A DNA stretch of 64,000 bases from Candidatus Limnocylindrales bacterium (GCA_038251965.1 JBBSAV010000002.1:19561-83560), one strand, 5' to 3'. Positions 20,161 to 29,223 are shown, counted from the first letter of the stretch. Made by a program: numbers and translations. Notes: generated by a model not told the origin, from the letters alone.

Positions 20161-20188
20161 GCGACCCCGTCAGAGACGGGGTCGCTTT
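20161..20188 (+). terminator. Intrinsic terminator downstream of fumC
   Basis: gcgaccccgtc-aga-gacggggtcgc hairpin followed by ttt. Confidence 0.6.
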
Positions 20189-20442
20189 AACTGTCCCGGC
20201 TTGATCAGGAGCAAGCTCCCGATCTTTCTGCCACGGCGCCAGGGCATCTATGACGCCGGCTTCACCGGCTACCCTAACCCAACCTACCCATGACCTTGCG
20301 TCTAGGTCAGTAGTGCTGTCGAGCAGCACGAGGCGTATACTAGCCCCCCGGAGGGGAGAAACTCAAGCGTTTATTCACCTTGCATAGGTGAAGGTTCCAT
20401 AACATTCCATGTTTGCCGTGCATCTGTGGCGGAGATGTGTGG

Positions 20443-21144
20443 TCAGGTGACCAGCCGGATGGCCTCGGCCAGGTCGATGGAACCAGTGAACAAGGCCTCA
20501 CCCAGGATGACCCCTGCCACCCCGGCATCATGCAGTTCACGCACGCCATCGAGGGTGCTGACGCCGCCGGCCACCAGTACCTCCGCGTCGAGCGCGCCGG
20601 CCAGGTCCACGATCGCGGTGAGCCCACCAGCGGACCCATGTGAGAAGACGAATCGGCCAACACCCGCGGCCTGGAGCTCCATGACCAACGCCTCCAGCGT
20701 CGGCTCGGCTCGACCCCGCCAGGGGTAGCCGTGCATGCTTTCGGGTCGGGCATCCATGCCCACCGCCAGCCAGTCGCCGGCGATGGCAAGGCAGTCAGCC
20801 AGCCGCACCTGATCCTCGGCTACGGCCCACAGGGGAATGACCACGCGGGTGGCACCCGCGGCAAAGGCGATCTCTACCTGCTCGGGACCGTCCACACCTC
20901 CGGCCAACTGCAGTGGCTTGGCGACGGCGCGGGCGACGGCCCCGATGGCATCGAGGTTGGCCGGCCGCCCCGCGGCCGAGCCATCGAGATCGACCAGGTG
21001 GATGACCGGGGCGCCCTGTGCCGTCAGCGCCACGGCGATGTCCGCCGGTCGGTCGGTGGGCGTGCCCACCCCACTCGATGCGCCGGGCCACCACACCAAT
21101 CGGGAGCGGCCGTTCTTCAGGTCCAGGCTGGGGATGACCTGCAT
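20443..21144 (-). CDS. HisA/HisF-family (beta/alpha)8 barrel protein, outside a his operon
   Basis: MQVIPSLDLKNGR, VIHLVDLDGS, LQLAGGV, VLVAGGVST..GVAGVILGEAL. ATGA overlap with the upstream DUF885 gene. Confidence 0.7.
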   Translation of the reverse strand: MQVIPSLDLKNGRSRLVWWPGASSGVGTPTDRPADIAVALTAQGAPVIHLVDLDGSAAGRPANLDAIGAVARAVAKPLQLAGGVDGPEQVEIAFAAGATRVVIPLWAVAEDQVRLADCLAIAGDWLAVGMDARPESMHGYPWRGRAEPTLEALVMELQAAGVGRFVFSHGSAGGLTAIVDLAGALDAEVLVAGGVSTLDGVRELHDAGVAGVILGEALFTGSIDLAEAIRLVT

Positions 21145-22820
21145 CAGTGAGGTCCGCCGACCTCCGGCCACGTGGGTCCGCCGCCCTCGCCCGCCAGCAG
21201 GCGTCGCCCGAACGTGATGGGCAAGCTGCCCGAGTACAGCAGTGCGTCGTGGAAGTCCTTGAGCGAGAACGCCGTCCCCAGGCGCGCCTCCTCATCGGCG
21301 CGCAGGCGAAGCAGCAGCACCTTACCCAGCAGGTACGAGAGGTTGTAGCCGGGCGTCTGCGTGTAGCGCTGCACCTCCGCCCTCGCCACCGGACGCTCGA
21401 AACCTGTGTGCTCGACCAGGAAGTCGATGGCTTCGTCCACGCCGATCTCGCCACGATGGAGGCGGATGTCAAGGATGATGCGGACCGCCCGCCAGATGGC
21501 ATCGGTGGCCACGATGACACGTCGCTGCGGCGTGTCATCGAAGCCCTGTTCCAGCATCATCTGCTCGCAGTACATGCCCCAGCCTTCGACGAATTCGGGC
21601 GCATCGACCAGGAGGCGCGCCGGCGTCGGGCTCGACAACGCCGCCGACAGCTGCAAGTGATGACCTGGGTAGGCCTCGTGGACGCTGGTGTTGACGATGG
21701 ACGACCAGTTGTGCTCGAGCATGGCACCGGGATCACCATCCACCGAGGGGGTCACGATGTAGACGCCGCGGATGGGTCGGTCGAAGGCGGCCGGCTCAAA
21801 ATACGCCGCCAGCGGGATGGTGCTGCGCATGTGCTTGGGTGTGGCCATCACCTCGATGAGGTCATCGGCCGGAAGCGTGGCCAGGTCGTGCTCGGCGATG
21901 AAGCGGCGGGCGCGCACCATGGCGTCGCGATACCCCTCCAATGCTGCCTCGAAGTCGGCCGGCCCATCGGCTTTCACGCGCTCCACGATCTGGGCTTCGC
22001 TCAGGGCGGGGTCGATCAGTCGCCCGGCGTCCACGCGCAGCTGGTGCATGGCCGCGAGCTGTTCTTCGCCGATGGCCAGGATGTCGTCGACCGACAGGCC
22101 ATCGAACGCGCGCAACCGGATGAGCTCGTCCAGCTCAGCCTCGCCCAGTGCGATGCGGTCGCCGGCGCGATCGAGCTGGGTCTCGATCCAGGCGGTGTAG
22201 TCGAAGAGAGCTGCGCGGGCGGCGCGGGCGGCGGAATGCAGCCGACGCAGTTGAGGACTGCCTCCCGGCCACACGTCACCGGCGCCGCTGACGATCTCGT
22301 GCACCAGCAAGGGCAGCTCGGCCGCAGCCACCTCCTCCAGCTCCAGCCACAGCCGGACGGGCTGGTCGCCCAGTCGGTCACGCACCTGCAGCAGTGCTTC
22401 GGGGATGCCCTCGACGCGCTCGGTGAGTGGCAGAAGGCGTTCCTTGAGGGGGGCGAAGTCGCGCGCCGCCAGCAAGAACAGGGCTGTGCCGATCTCATCG
22501 GTGGCGGACGTGCTGCGCTCCCAGCCACGCACGACTTCCGCATCGAAGAGGCGCAAACGGGCGCCGTGTAAGGCCAGTTCCCGCTCGAAACGAACCGTCT
22601 CGCTGAGTAGACCGGGGTCGACGGCCGCAAGGTCGTCGATGAAGCGCCGTTCGGCCGCCATGTCTGCTTCCTTGGCAGCACGGCTCAGATCAGCGAGGCG
22701 TCCATCGTGGGCGTGCACGCCAAGGGCGGTGGCCCATGCGGGGTGCGCCTCCATAAGCGCGTCGAAGCGTGCCGCGACAAGGGCGTCCAATCGTGCGTCG
22801 GCCGCGGTCTCCGGTTTCAC
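21144..22820 (-). CDS. DUF885-family protein
   Basis: VHEAYPGHHLQ motif typical of DUF885; about 558 aa. Confidence 0.75.
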   Translation of the reverse strand: MKPETAADARLDALVAARFDALMEAHPAWATALGVHAHDGRLADLSRAAKEADMAAERRFIDDLAAVDPGLLSETVRFERELALHGARLRLFDAEVVRGWERSTSATDEIGTALFLLAARDFAPLKERLLPLTERVEGIPEALLQVRDRLGDQPVRLWLELEEVAAAELPLLVHEIVSGAGDVWPGGSPQLRRLHSAARAARAALFDYTAWIETQLDRAGDRIALGEAELDELIRLRAFDGLSVDDILAIGEEQLAAMHQLRVDAGRLIDPALSEAQIVERVKADGPADFEAALEGYRDAMVRARRFIAEHDLATLPADDLIEVMATPKHMRSTIPLAAYFEPAAFDRPIRGVYIVTPSVDGDPGAMLEHNWSSIVNTSVHEAYPGHHLQLSAALSSPTPARLLVDAPEFVEGWGMYCEQMMLEQGFDDTPQRRVIVATDAIWRAVRIILDIRLHRGEIGVDEAIDFLVEHTGFERPVARAEVQRYTQTPGYNLSYLLGKVLLLRLRADEEARLGTAFSLKDFHDALLYSGSLPITFGRRLLAGEGGGPTWPEVGGPH

Positions 22821-23908
22821 GTCGTCCCCATGGCGGTGTCAACGAGTGCTGCCTGTGTGGCGGCCAGGGCCTGCTCGACGTCCCTCCGCTCGATGCCGTA
22901 GTGGGTCAGTGCCCGCACGCGTCCTCCGCCATATTCGATGTAGCCCACGCCACGCGCCCGCGTCTCCGCCATGAATGCGGCCCGCGCCGCGAGTCGATCC
23001 TGGCCGGGCCGCGGCCGGATGCCGAAGACGATGTAGTTGGTGGTGACCCGTGCCGGGTCCAGGTCGACGACGCCGTCCATCCCGGCCAGTCCTTCGGCCA
23101 GCACTCGGGCGTTGACATGGTCGTCGGCGAGGCGCGCGATCATGCCGTCGGGGCCGTCGCTCAGCGCCACCAGGCCGGGAGCGGCGAGCACCCCGACCTG
23201 GCGCATGCCGCCACCCACCAGCTTGCGGGCACGCCGGGCGCGGCCGATGAAGTCCTCTTCACCGACCACGATCGATCCGATAGGGCAGGCGAGGCCCTTG
23301 GAGAGGCAGAACGTGGCGCTGTCGACATCGGCTAGCATCGTCGTTGCGGTGGTTCCGAGCGCGATCACCGCGTTCCACAATCGAGCGCCGTCGAGGTGCA
23401 ACGGAACGCCCATCTCGTGCGCCACCGCGGCCGCCTCTGAAACGTAGGTCGGTGTGAGGGGCTGTCCCATCGAGGGCGAATGCGTGTTCTCCAACATCAC
23501 CAGCGCGGTCGGCGACTGGTGCAGGTCGTGCGGGTCGCTCCGTGCTGAGCGGATGGCGTCCAGGTCCATGGTCCCATCCGCCGCGGCCGGGATCTGCCGG
23601 ACGGTGGCGCCGGTGATGACCGCGTGCCCGCCGGCCTCGTGCTCGACCACGTGGGCGCCGGCGGTGGCTATGATCTCTCCACCGCGCGGGACATGCGCCA
23701 TGTGCGCCACGAGATTGCCCATGGTGCCGCTGGCGACGAAGAGACCGGCGGCCTTGCCGGTGAGTTCCGCGGCACGCTCCTCGAGCGCGATGACCGTGGG
23801 GTCGTCACGGAAGACGTCGTCGCCGACCTCTGCCTCTGCCATCGCACGGCGCATCGCCGGGGTGGGCTTGGTGACGGTGTCGGAGCGGAGGTCGATGAAG
23901 TCGGACAT
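22817..23908 (-). CDS. ltaE: Low-specificity L-threonine aldolase
   Basis: IDLRSDTVTKPTPAMRRAMAEAEVGDDVFRDDPT, ASGTMGN, FCLSKGL (PLP lysine). Confidence 0.85.
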   Translation of the reverse strand: MSDFIDLRSDTVTKPTPAMRRAMAEAEVGDDVFRDDPTVIALEERAAELTGKAAGLFVASGTMGNLVAHMAHVPRGGEIIATAGAHVVEHEAGGHAVITGATVRQIPAAADGTMDLDAIRSARSDPHDLHQSPTALVMLENTHSPSMGQPLTPTYVSEAAAVAHEMGVPLHLDGARLWNAVIALGTTATTMLADVDSATFCLSKGLACPIGSIVVGEEDFIGRARRARKLVGGGMRQVGVLAAPGLVALSDGPDGMIARLADDHVNARVLAEGLAGMDGVVDLDPARVTTNYIVFGIRPRPGQDRLAARAAFMAETRARGVGYIEYGGGRVRALTHYGIERRDVEQALAATQAALVDTAMGTT

Positions 23909-23978
23909 GGTGAGGCAGCATAGCGAGGCATCCTGTGCGGCGTGTTCGCTCGGCATTTGCTAGAGTTCGCTATCCGCA

Positions 23979-24055
23979 GGACCCGTGGTGTAGCGGCCTA
24001 ACATGCCAGCCTGTCACGCTGGAGATCGCCGGTTCGAATCCGGTCGGGTCCGCCA
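23979..24055 (+). tRNA. tRNA-Asp (anticodon GTC)
   Basis: GGACCCG acceptor, anticodon loop CTGTCAC, GCCGG-TTCGAAT-CCGGT T-arm, encoded CCA. Confidence 0.9.
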
Positions 24056-24085
24056 GTCCCTCATCTCGATGACGACGAAGCCCCT

Positions 24086-25819
24086 ATGAGCAACGCACTG
24101 ACCGATCCACGCCGCGCCGAGTTGGGGTCGAAGATCCTGGTCATCGGCCTCGTCGCGATCTTCCTGTTCGGCCTGTTCGGCTTTGCCTTGGCCGTGTTCG
24201 ACGCGCAGGGGGAGAAGCCGACCGAGCCCGCGCCACCGTCGTTGCCAGCCATCCCTGCTGCTGCCGCCGTGGGTCCCATCCGACTGGCACTCGCTGAGAC
24301 CGACCAGCGAGCGCAAGCGGAAGCCTCGGTCGACGTCAGTCCCTCGCCCACACCCTCCCTGCCCGCGGTGTCTCCTTCAGACGAGCCTGCGCCTGCAGAC
24401 GAGCCTGGCGCCACCACCGCCACGGTCATGCCCATCGTGCCCGTGACAGGCTTCTGGTCGACGCGTGATGTCGTCAAGTCTCGTGACATCAGGCAGGCCC
24501 TGGAGCGCGGGGTCGCCAAGGGCTTCAAGCGTGTCATCGTCGAGGACGACATCGCCGACGCGCTGGCCGAATCGCTCGGGGTCGAGCTCCATGCCAAGGT
24601 CCGCCGTGGAGACGCCCAGGCCATCGCGGCCACGGTCGCCAAGGTCGGCCTGGGGCTGCTTCCGGCGACCCATGTGACTCCCGCCATGCGCACCCTCGGG
24701 ATCGACGGCGTCTCGCTGGTGGGTAACGAGCGCATTCGGGATATCGCCGACTGGCCGCTGAACCTGACGCTGAAGACCACTGCCGATGGATCTTGGGACC
24801 AGGCGAAGACCTGGGTGCTGGTGGCGGGCGGTGACGCCTTCACCGACCGCGGCGTGTACGACAAGGTCGTACGCAAGGGCAAGGGCGTGGACTACCCCTT
24901 CGATGGTGGCACGGCCCGCGTGACGGGCCATGGCTGCTGTGACCCGGTGTACCACGACAATGTCGTGCCGCGCTACCAGACGACCGGGAATAAGGGCCTG
25001 GTGCGGAAGCTGTTCAAGAGCGCCGAGCTAGCCATCGCCAACCATGAGCAGCCCGTCACCGATGCCGCCGTCCACCACACCAGCGGCCTGCGCTTCAGCG
25101 GCCAGCCCGAGCTGACGAAGATCTTCACCCGCGCCGGCCTCGATTTCGTCTCGTTGGCCAACAACCACATCAAGGATTACGGCGCTGACGGCATCAAGGA
25201 CACGCGCCGCATCCTGCGAAGCAACGGTCTCGCCTTCGGTGGTGCCGGGGCCGACCTGGAGCAGGCCCGCAGCATCAGCTACCTCCACGCCCGTGACACG
25301 AAGGTGGCCATCATCCCCTGCCTTGACATCGTCAAGATCTACTGGGCCGATACCGATGAGAGCGGCGCCACGCCCTGTCTCGACCGCTACCTGGTGCCGG
25401 ACATCAAGCAGGCAGCCAAGTCGGCCGATGTCGTCATCGTCTTCCCGCACTGGGGCGTGGAGTACTCCCGGCAGCCGCTGCCCTCGATGCGCAAGCACGC
25501 CGCGCGCTGGGCCAAGGCTGGCGCCGATCTCGTCCTAGGTGCGCACAGCCACGTGGCGGGCGCCATCGAGGACATCGACGGCACGCCCGTGATGTATTCG
25601 CTGGGCAACTTCATCTTCGACCAGAACTGGTCCACCAACACCATGGAATCAGCGCTGCTGGAGGCCACCTTCCATGGCGACCAGCTCATCGAGATGCGGC
25701 TGCGTCCCTATATCATCCACGACACCACTCAGCCCAATCTGCTGGATCCCGCCACTGGTGAGGGGAAGCGGCTGTTGCGCGAGATCAAGCAGGTGTCGGC
25801 CGGTTGGCTCGACTGGTAG
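24086..25819 (+). CDS. CapA-family (PGA_cap metallophosphatase-like) membrane-anchored protein
   Basis: N-terminal TM helix; GDAFTDRG, SLANNHIKDYG, VIVFPHWGVEY, GAHSHV, YSLGNFIFDQ. Confidence 0.8.
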   Translation: MSNALTDPRRAELGSKILVIGLVAIFLFGLFGFALAVFDAQGEKPTEPAPPSLPAIPAAAAVGPIRLALAETDQRAQAEASVDVSPSPTPSLPAVSPSDEPAPADEPGATTATVMPIVPVTGFWSTRDVVKSRDIRQALERGVAKGFKRVIVEDDIADALAESLGVELHAKVRRGDAQAIAATVAKVGLGLLPATHVTPAMRTLGIDGVSLVGNERIRDIADWPLNLTLKTTADGSWDQAKTWVLVAGGDAFTDRGVYDKVVRKGKGVDYPFDGGTARVTGHGCCDPVYHDNVVPRYQTTGNKGLVRKLFKSAELAIANHEQPVTDAAVHHTSGLRFSGQPELTKIFTRAGLDFVSLANNHIKDYGADGIKDTRRILRSNGLAFGGAGADLEQARSISYLHARDTKVAIIPCLDIVKIYWADTDESGATPCLDRYLVPDIKQAAKSADVVIVFPHWGVEYSRQPLPSMRKHAARWAKAGADLVLGAHSHVAGAIEDIDGTPVMYSLGNFIFDQNWSTNTMESALLEATFHGDQLIEMRLRPYIIHDTTQPNLLDPATGEGKRLLREIKQVSAGWLDW

Positions 25820-25849
25820 CCACGATCGATCCGGGGTAGCTGCGGCGGC

Positions 25850-26695
25850 TCAGGCCAGCCCGACCTCCCGGGCGCTCGGCCACGACGAGAGATCGAGGCC
25901 GGGAACGAGCTCGGTCAGCTGCGCCAGGTCGGGTGCGTACCCGGCTAGCAGCGACGCCCGCAGGGAGGGCGAGGGCTGGAACTTCTCGCGTGTGGTGGGG
26001 TTGACCTCGCTACCGATCGCGTCGGGATCGAGCTCATGTGGCGGCAGCCCCAGGAACGCAAACGTCCGCGCCAGCTGCCGGGCCGGGTCGGCGCGGCAGG
26101 CCTCGTACTGACCGATCCATACGCGCTCGGCCGGGAACGCCGCCAGCACACGCCGCAGCTGCGGCGCATAGAGGCCGCGTTGGAAGGCACCCTGGATGTC
26201 GCGATCGGTCAGGGGCGCGCTCGACGTCGCAAGCTGATGGGTGAGCCCTGAACGGAACCGCTCCAGGGGATCTCGCAGCAACACCAGGATGTGCGCCTCG
26301 GGCGCGGCGCGAGCGATGAGTTCGGGCGTCCAGAAGTCGATGAGGTAGCCAGGCGTCCATTCGCCCGCGACGGACCCCTGGGGCACCGGGAAGTAGCGCT
26401 GGTAGGACTCGATGTCGGCGGTACCGAACGGCTCTTCCCAGGAGCGGTCGAAGAAGTGCAGCTCCTTGGGCTGGCCGGGCGGGCTGACCACGTGCGGATG
26501 GGTCTCGATGAGCCGGTTCCACCACGAGGTCCCAGCCTTCTGGGCGCCGACACCGACGTAGTGAGGCGGACCCGTGCGCCAGCCATCGGGACAGGGGGGT
26601 GGCTCCGGTGGCCCCGGCTGTCGTGGACCACGCCAGCGATACCAGGCCCGCGAGCCACGCACGGCCAGCCTTCGCGCTCGTGCCTTGAGCGTCAC
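25850..26695 (-). CDS. Sulfotransferase-family protein
   Basis: PAPS 5'-PSB-like GAQKAGTSWW and 3'-PB-like LLRDPLERFRSG. GTG start in GTGA overlap with the upstream paralog stop. Confidence 0.75.
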   Translation of the reverse strand: MTLKARARRLAVRGSRAWYRWRGPRQPGPPEPPPCPDGWRTGPPHYVGVGAQKAGTSWWNRLIETHPHVVSPPGQPKELHFFDRSWEEPFGTADIESYQRYFPVPQGSVAGEWTPGYLIDFWTPELIARAAPEAHILVLLRDPLERFRSGLTHQLATSSAPLTDRDIQGAFQRGLYAPQLRRVLAAFPAERVWIGQYEACRADPARQLARTFAFLGLPPHELDPDAIGSEVNPTTREKFQPSPSLRASLLAGYAPDLAQLTELVPGLDLSSWPSAREVGLA

Positions 26696-27465
26696 CGGGG
26701 TGACTTCCACAGCGTAAGGTCCAGATCGGGTAGCAGCGCCGCCAGGCGTTCGTTCTCGGGCGCGTAGCAGCGTACCAGCTGTCCTTCCTGCCACTCGCTC
26801 AGGGTCACCTTGGGACCGCGTGATCCGTTGACGCGCACATCGAGTTCCAACTCTGGTGGGACTTCCGGTGCCAGGCCGATGAAGCGATAGGTGCGTTCGA
26901 GCTGTGCCCGCGGCTCAGCTACGCACCGCTCGTACTGGAGCACCAGCACCTGTTCGTGTGGAAAGACGGCCCAGAGTCGCAGCAGCTGGTCGGCATAGAC
27001 GCCGCGATTGAAGGCGGCGTTTGCCGCCGCCCGTGCGGTGGCGCCGACCGTGAAACGACTCTCCGCGAGCGTGCGGCCGGAACGGAAGCGTTCCACGGGG
27101 TCGCGCAGCAACACCAGCAGGCGAGCGTCCGGGGCGGCCTGCCGCAGCAGTGCCGGCGTCCAGGCGTCGAGCATGTAGCCGGGCGTCCATTCGCCGCAGC
27201 GGTGACCGGCTGGCCGAGCGAACAGGGCGTGGTAGCGGGCAATATCGCCCTCGACCAGGCCGTGCTCCCAGCGGCGGTCGAAGAAGTGCACTTCCTTGGG
27301 CGTGGTCGCGGGCCGGCTGACCCCCGGGTGCGCGAGCAGTAGGCTGTCCCACCAGGTCGTGCCCGAACGTGCTGTCCCCACACCTACGTAGTCGGGGGGC
27401 CCGGTCTGCCAACCGTCGGGCAGTCCTGCGGCTGGTTGGCGTGGCTCCCGAGGCGCGGCTGGCAT
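26692..27465 (-). CDS. Sulfotransferase-family protein (paralog)
   Basis: GTARSGTTWW and LLRDPVERFRSG. Start at ATG 27465; the ORF is open to 27525. Confidence 0.75.
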   Translation of the reverse strand: MPAAPREPRQPAAGLPDGWQTGPPDYVGVGTARSGTTWWDSLLLAHPGVSRPATTPKEVHFFDRRWEHGLVEGDIARYHALFARPAGHRCGEWTPGYMLDAWTPALLRQAAPDARLLVLLRDPVERFRSGRTLAESRFTVGATARAAANAAFNRGVYADQLLRLWAVFPHEQVLVLQYERCVAEPRAQLERTYRFIGLAPEVPPELELDVRVNGSRGPKVTLSEWQEGQLVRCYAPENERLAALLPDLDLTLWKSPR

Positions 27466-27531
27466 CGCCCTGATGATAGGTGCTCGATGCCGTCGCGCGG
27501 ACACGGCGCATGGGGAGCTGCGCATGCGCCA

Positions 27532-27573
27532 GACACAAGAAGGCGGCCCGCCCCCTGCTGGGGACGGGCCGCC
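27532..27573 (-). terminator. Intrinsic terminator after the last flp gene
   Basis: On the minus strand: ggcggcccgtcccc-agca-gggggcgggccgcc followed by ttcttgtgt. Confidence 0.55.
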
Positions 27574-27599
27574 AGTGTGCTCTCGAAAGAGCTGCGTCT

Positions 27600-27776
27600 C
27601 TAGATCTGCTTTCCGATCGTCGAGAGGATGCCGGAGATCTGGCCGCCGAGGAAGATGAGCGCGGCGATGGCGATGATGGCGATGAGCGCCAGGATCAGCG
27701 CGTACTCAGCCAAGCCCTGGCCATCCTCGTCGCGGCGAAGCAGGAAGTCGTCGCAGCGAAGCAGGAAGTCGACCAT
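27600..27776 (-). CDS. Flp-family type IVb pilin (58 aa)
   Basis: GQGLAEYALILALIAIIAI core; ggagga RBS upstream; leader carries a 7-aa duplication. Confidence 0.85.
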   Translation of the reverse strand: MVDFLLRCDDFLLRRDEDGQGLAEYALILALIAIIAIAALIFLGGQISGILSTIGKQI

Positions 27777-28069
27777 GTTGATGGTCCTCCGTTTCTGTGG
27801 CTCCCCGCGAAAGCGGTTCGCCGGTGATTGGATGAATTCGCTCGGTTGCCCGATCGGGCCTCCGTGCTCGGCGGACAGTACAGCGCCACCGTCAACTGTG
27901 TACTGAAGGACAGCCGGCAGGCCCATCAAACGTCCTCAGTGCCAGGAATGATGATGCGGACGCCTGACACAGTCCATGGCACCTCTGGGGGCTATGGACC
28001 CGGACCTTCGGGGGTGCCGACGCAGCGGTCTCGGGGGGTCGAGTGCGGTTAGCGCTGCTTGGGCCTGCG

Positions 28070-28255
28070 CTACGTGTTCGCTTCGATCGTGGTGCCGATC
28101 ATCGACAACAGGTCCGCCAGCGTGTCACCCAGGAACACGAGTGACAGGATCGCCACGATGGCGATGAGCGCCAGGATGAGGGCGTACTCAGCCAGTCCCT
28201 GCCCCTGCTGCCCCCCGGACCGCACCGTCGCCAACAGATGGATGAGTTCCCTCAT
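28070..28255 (-). CDS. Flp-family type IVb pilin (61 aa)
   Basis: GQGLAEYALILALIAIVAI core; ggagga RBS about 11 nt upstream. Confidence 0.85.
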   Translation of the reverse strand: MRELIHLLATVRSGGQQGQGLAEYALILALIAIVAILSLVFLGDTLADLLSMIGTTIEANT

Positions 28256-28314
28256 GCGCTGGACGATCCTCCTTCCGGATGCACTGGTGTACCAGGGGTC
28301 GGTGGCACGCGCCC

Positions 28315-28710
28315 CTACTCTCCGATGACCGACCAGATGAAGCCCATGAAGATGAAGATGCCGGCGAAGAGACCGATAAGGGCCGGGACGCCGACGGTGT
28401 TCACTCCGAGATCCATGCTCGCCAGGAACCCCATCGCGAGCGCCCAAACGATGATGAGCGCACCAAACAGATACTTGGCATTGACGGTCGTGATGGCGTC
28501 GACCCAAGCTGTTCGTCGTCGTTCCGGCACCAGCATGACGGTGACCAGCAGGGTCACCATGGCTGCGCCCAGCAACACGCCACCGGCGAACCCGATGAAC
28601 TGGCTGGCTTCCAGCTCGGTCCGGAGCGCTCCGTAGACCGAGATGATCACCACGCCCAGCAAGAGGAAGGCGCAGAGGTACCCGAGAACTCGCAGTCGAT
28701 CCCAAGTCAT
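28315..28710 (-). CDS. Small 4-TM membrane protein, unknown function, embedded between flp genes
   Basis: Four hydrophobic helices. Start at ATG 28710; the ORF is open to 28785. I see no A24 peptidase or TadE/TadG motifs. Confidence 0.45.
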   Translation of the reverse strand: MTWDRLRVLGYLCAFLLLGVVIISVYGALRTELEASQFIGFAGGVLLGAAMVTLLVTVMLVPERRRTAWVDAITTVNAKYLFGALIIVWALAMGFLASMDLGVNTVGVPALIGLFAGIFIFMGFIWSVIGE

Positions 28711-28950
28711 GTGGCCGGAAATCCTATCAAAATAGCAAGCCGCAAGAACAGCGTTCCTGCGTATCCTCACCACCAGGGCCTTCATCGGCCACGTGAGGAC
28801 GGTCGCAGAACTTTACCTGCGGCAGTGCTCGATGGGAAGCGAGACGGCCGGCCGCGATTCGTTATCGGTGCCCACGGACACCGCAACGCAGCACGAAACG
28901 GCCACACCGACGGTGCGGCCGCTCTGCGCAAGACGAGCGATCGAGAACGG

Positions 28951-29223
28951 CTAGCCGCCGCCCAACAGGCCCATCACCGTCGAGAACCCGGCGTTGATGA
29001 TCTCATCGAACACACCCACGATCGTCTCGCCCAGGAAGATCAGCGAGCCGATGGCGACGATGGCGATCAACGCCAAGATCAGTGCGTACTCAGCGAGGCC
29101 CTGGCCACGTTGGCCTTCGTCGGTCTGGGGCATGGCCGGCAGGAACGCACGCAGCTTTGTCAGGGGCCGTGAGCGAGTGGCCCGTTCGGCGAGTCTAGTC
29201 GCCGCAGCTCGTAGCATGTCCAT
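28951..29223 (-). CDS. Flp-family type IVb pilin with long leader (90 aa; alternative start at 29133 gives 60 aa)
   Basis: GQGLAEYALILALIAIVAI core. A ggagaa RBS precedes ATG 29223; no RBS precedes 29133. Confidence 0.8.
   Translation of the reverse strand: MDMLRAAATRLAERATRSRPLTKLRAFLPAMPQTDEGQRGQGLAEYALILALIAIVAIGSLIFLGETIVGVFDEIINAGFSTVMGLLGGG

Noticed and set aside
20190-20442. Known small RNA (6C, SRP or other) in the fumC/hisA-like spacer
   Set aside because: There are C-rich and G-rich runs and hairpins, but no diagnostic conserved motif I can verify without a covariance-model search.
25850-29223. Single flp-sulfotransferase operon implying sulfated pilins
   Set aside because: A strong hairpin plus T-rich tract (27532-27573) separates the last flp gene from the sulfotransferases, and no other evidence links them. 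I kept them as two separate findings.
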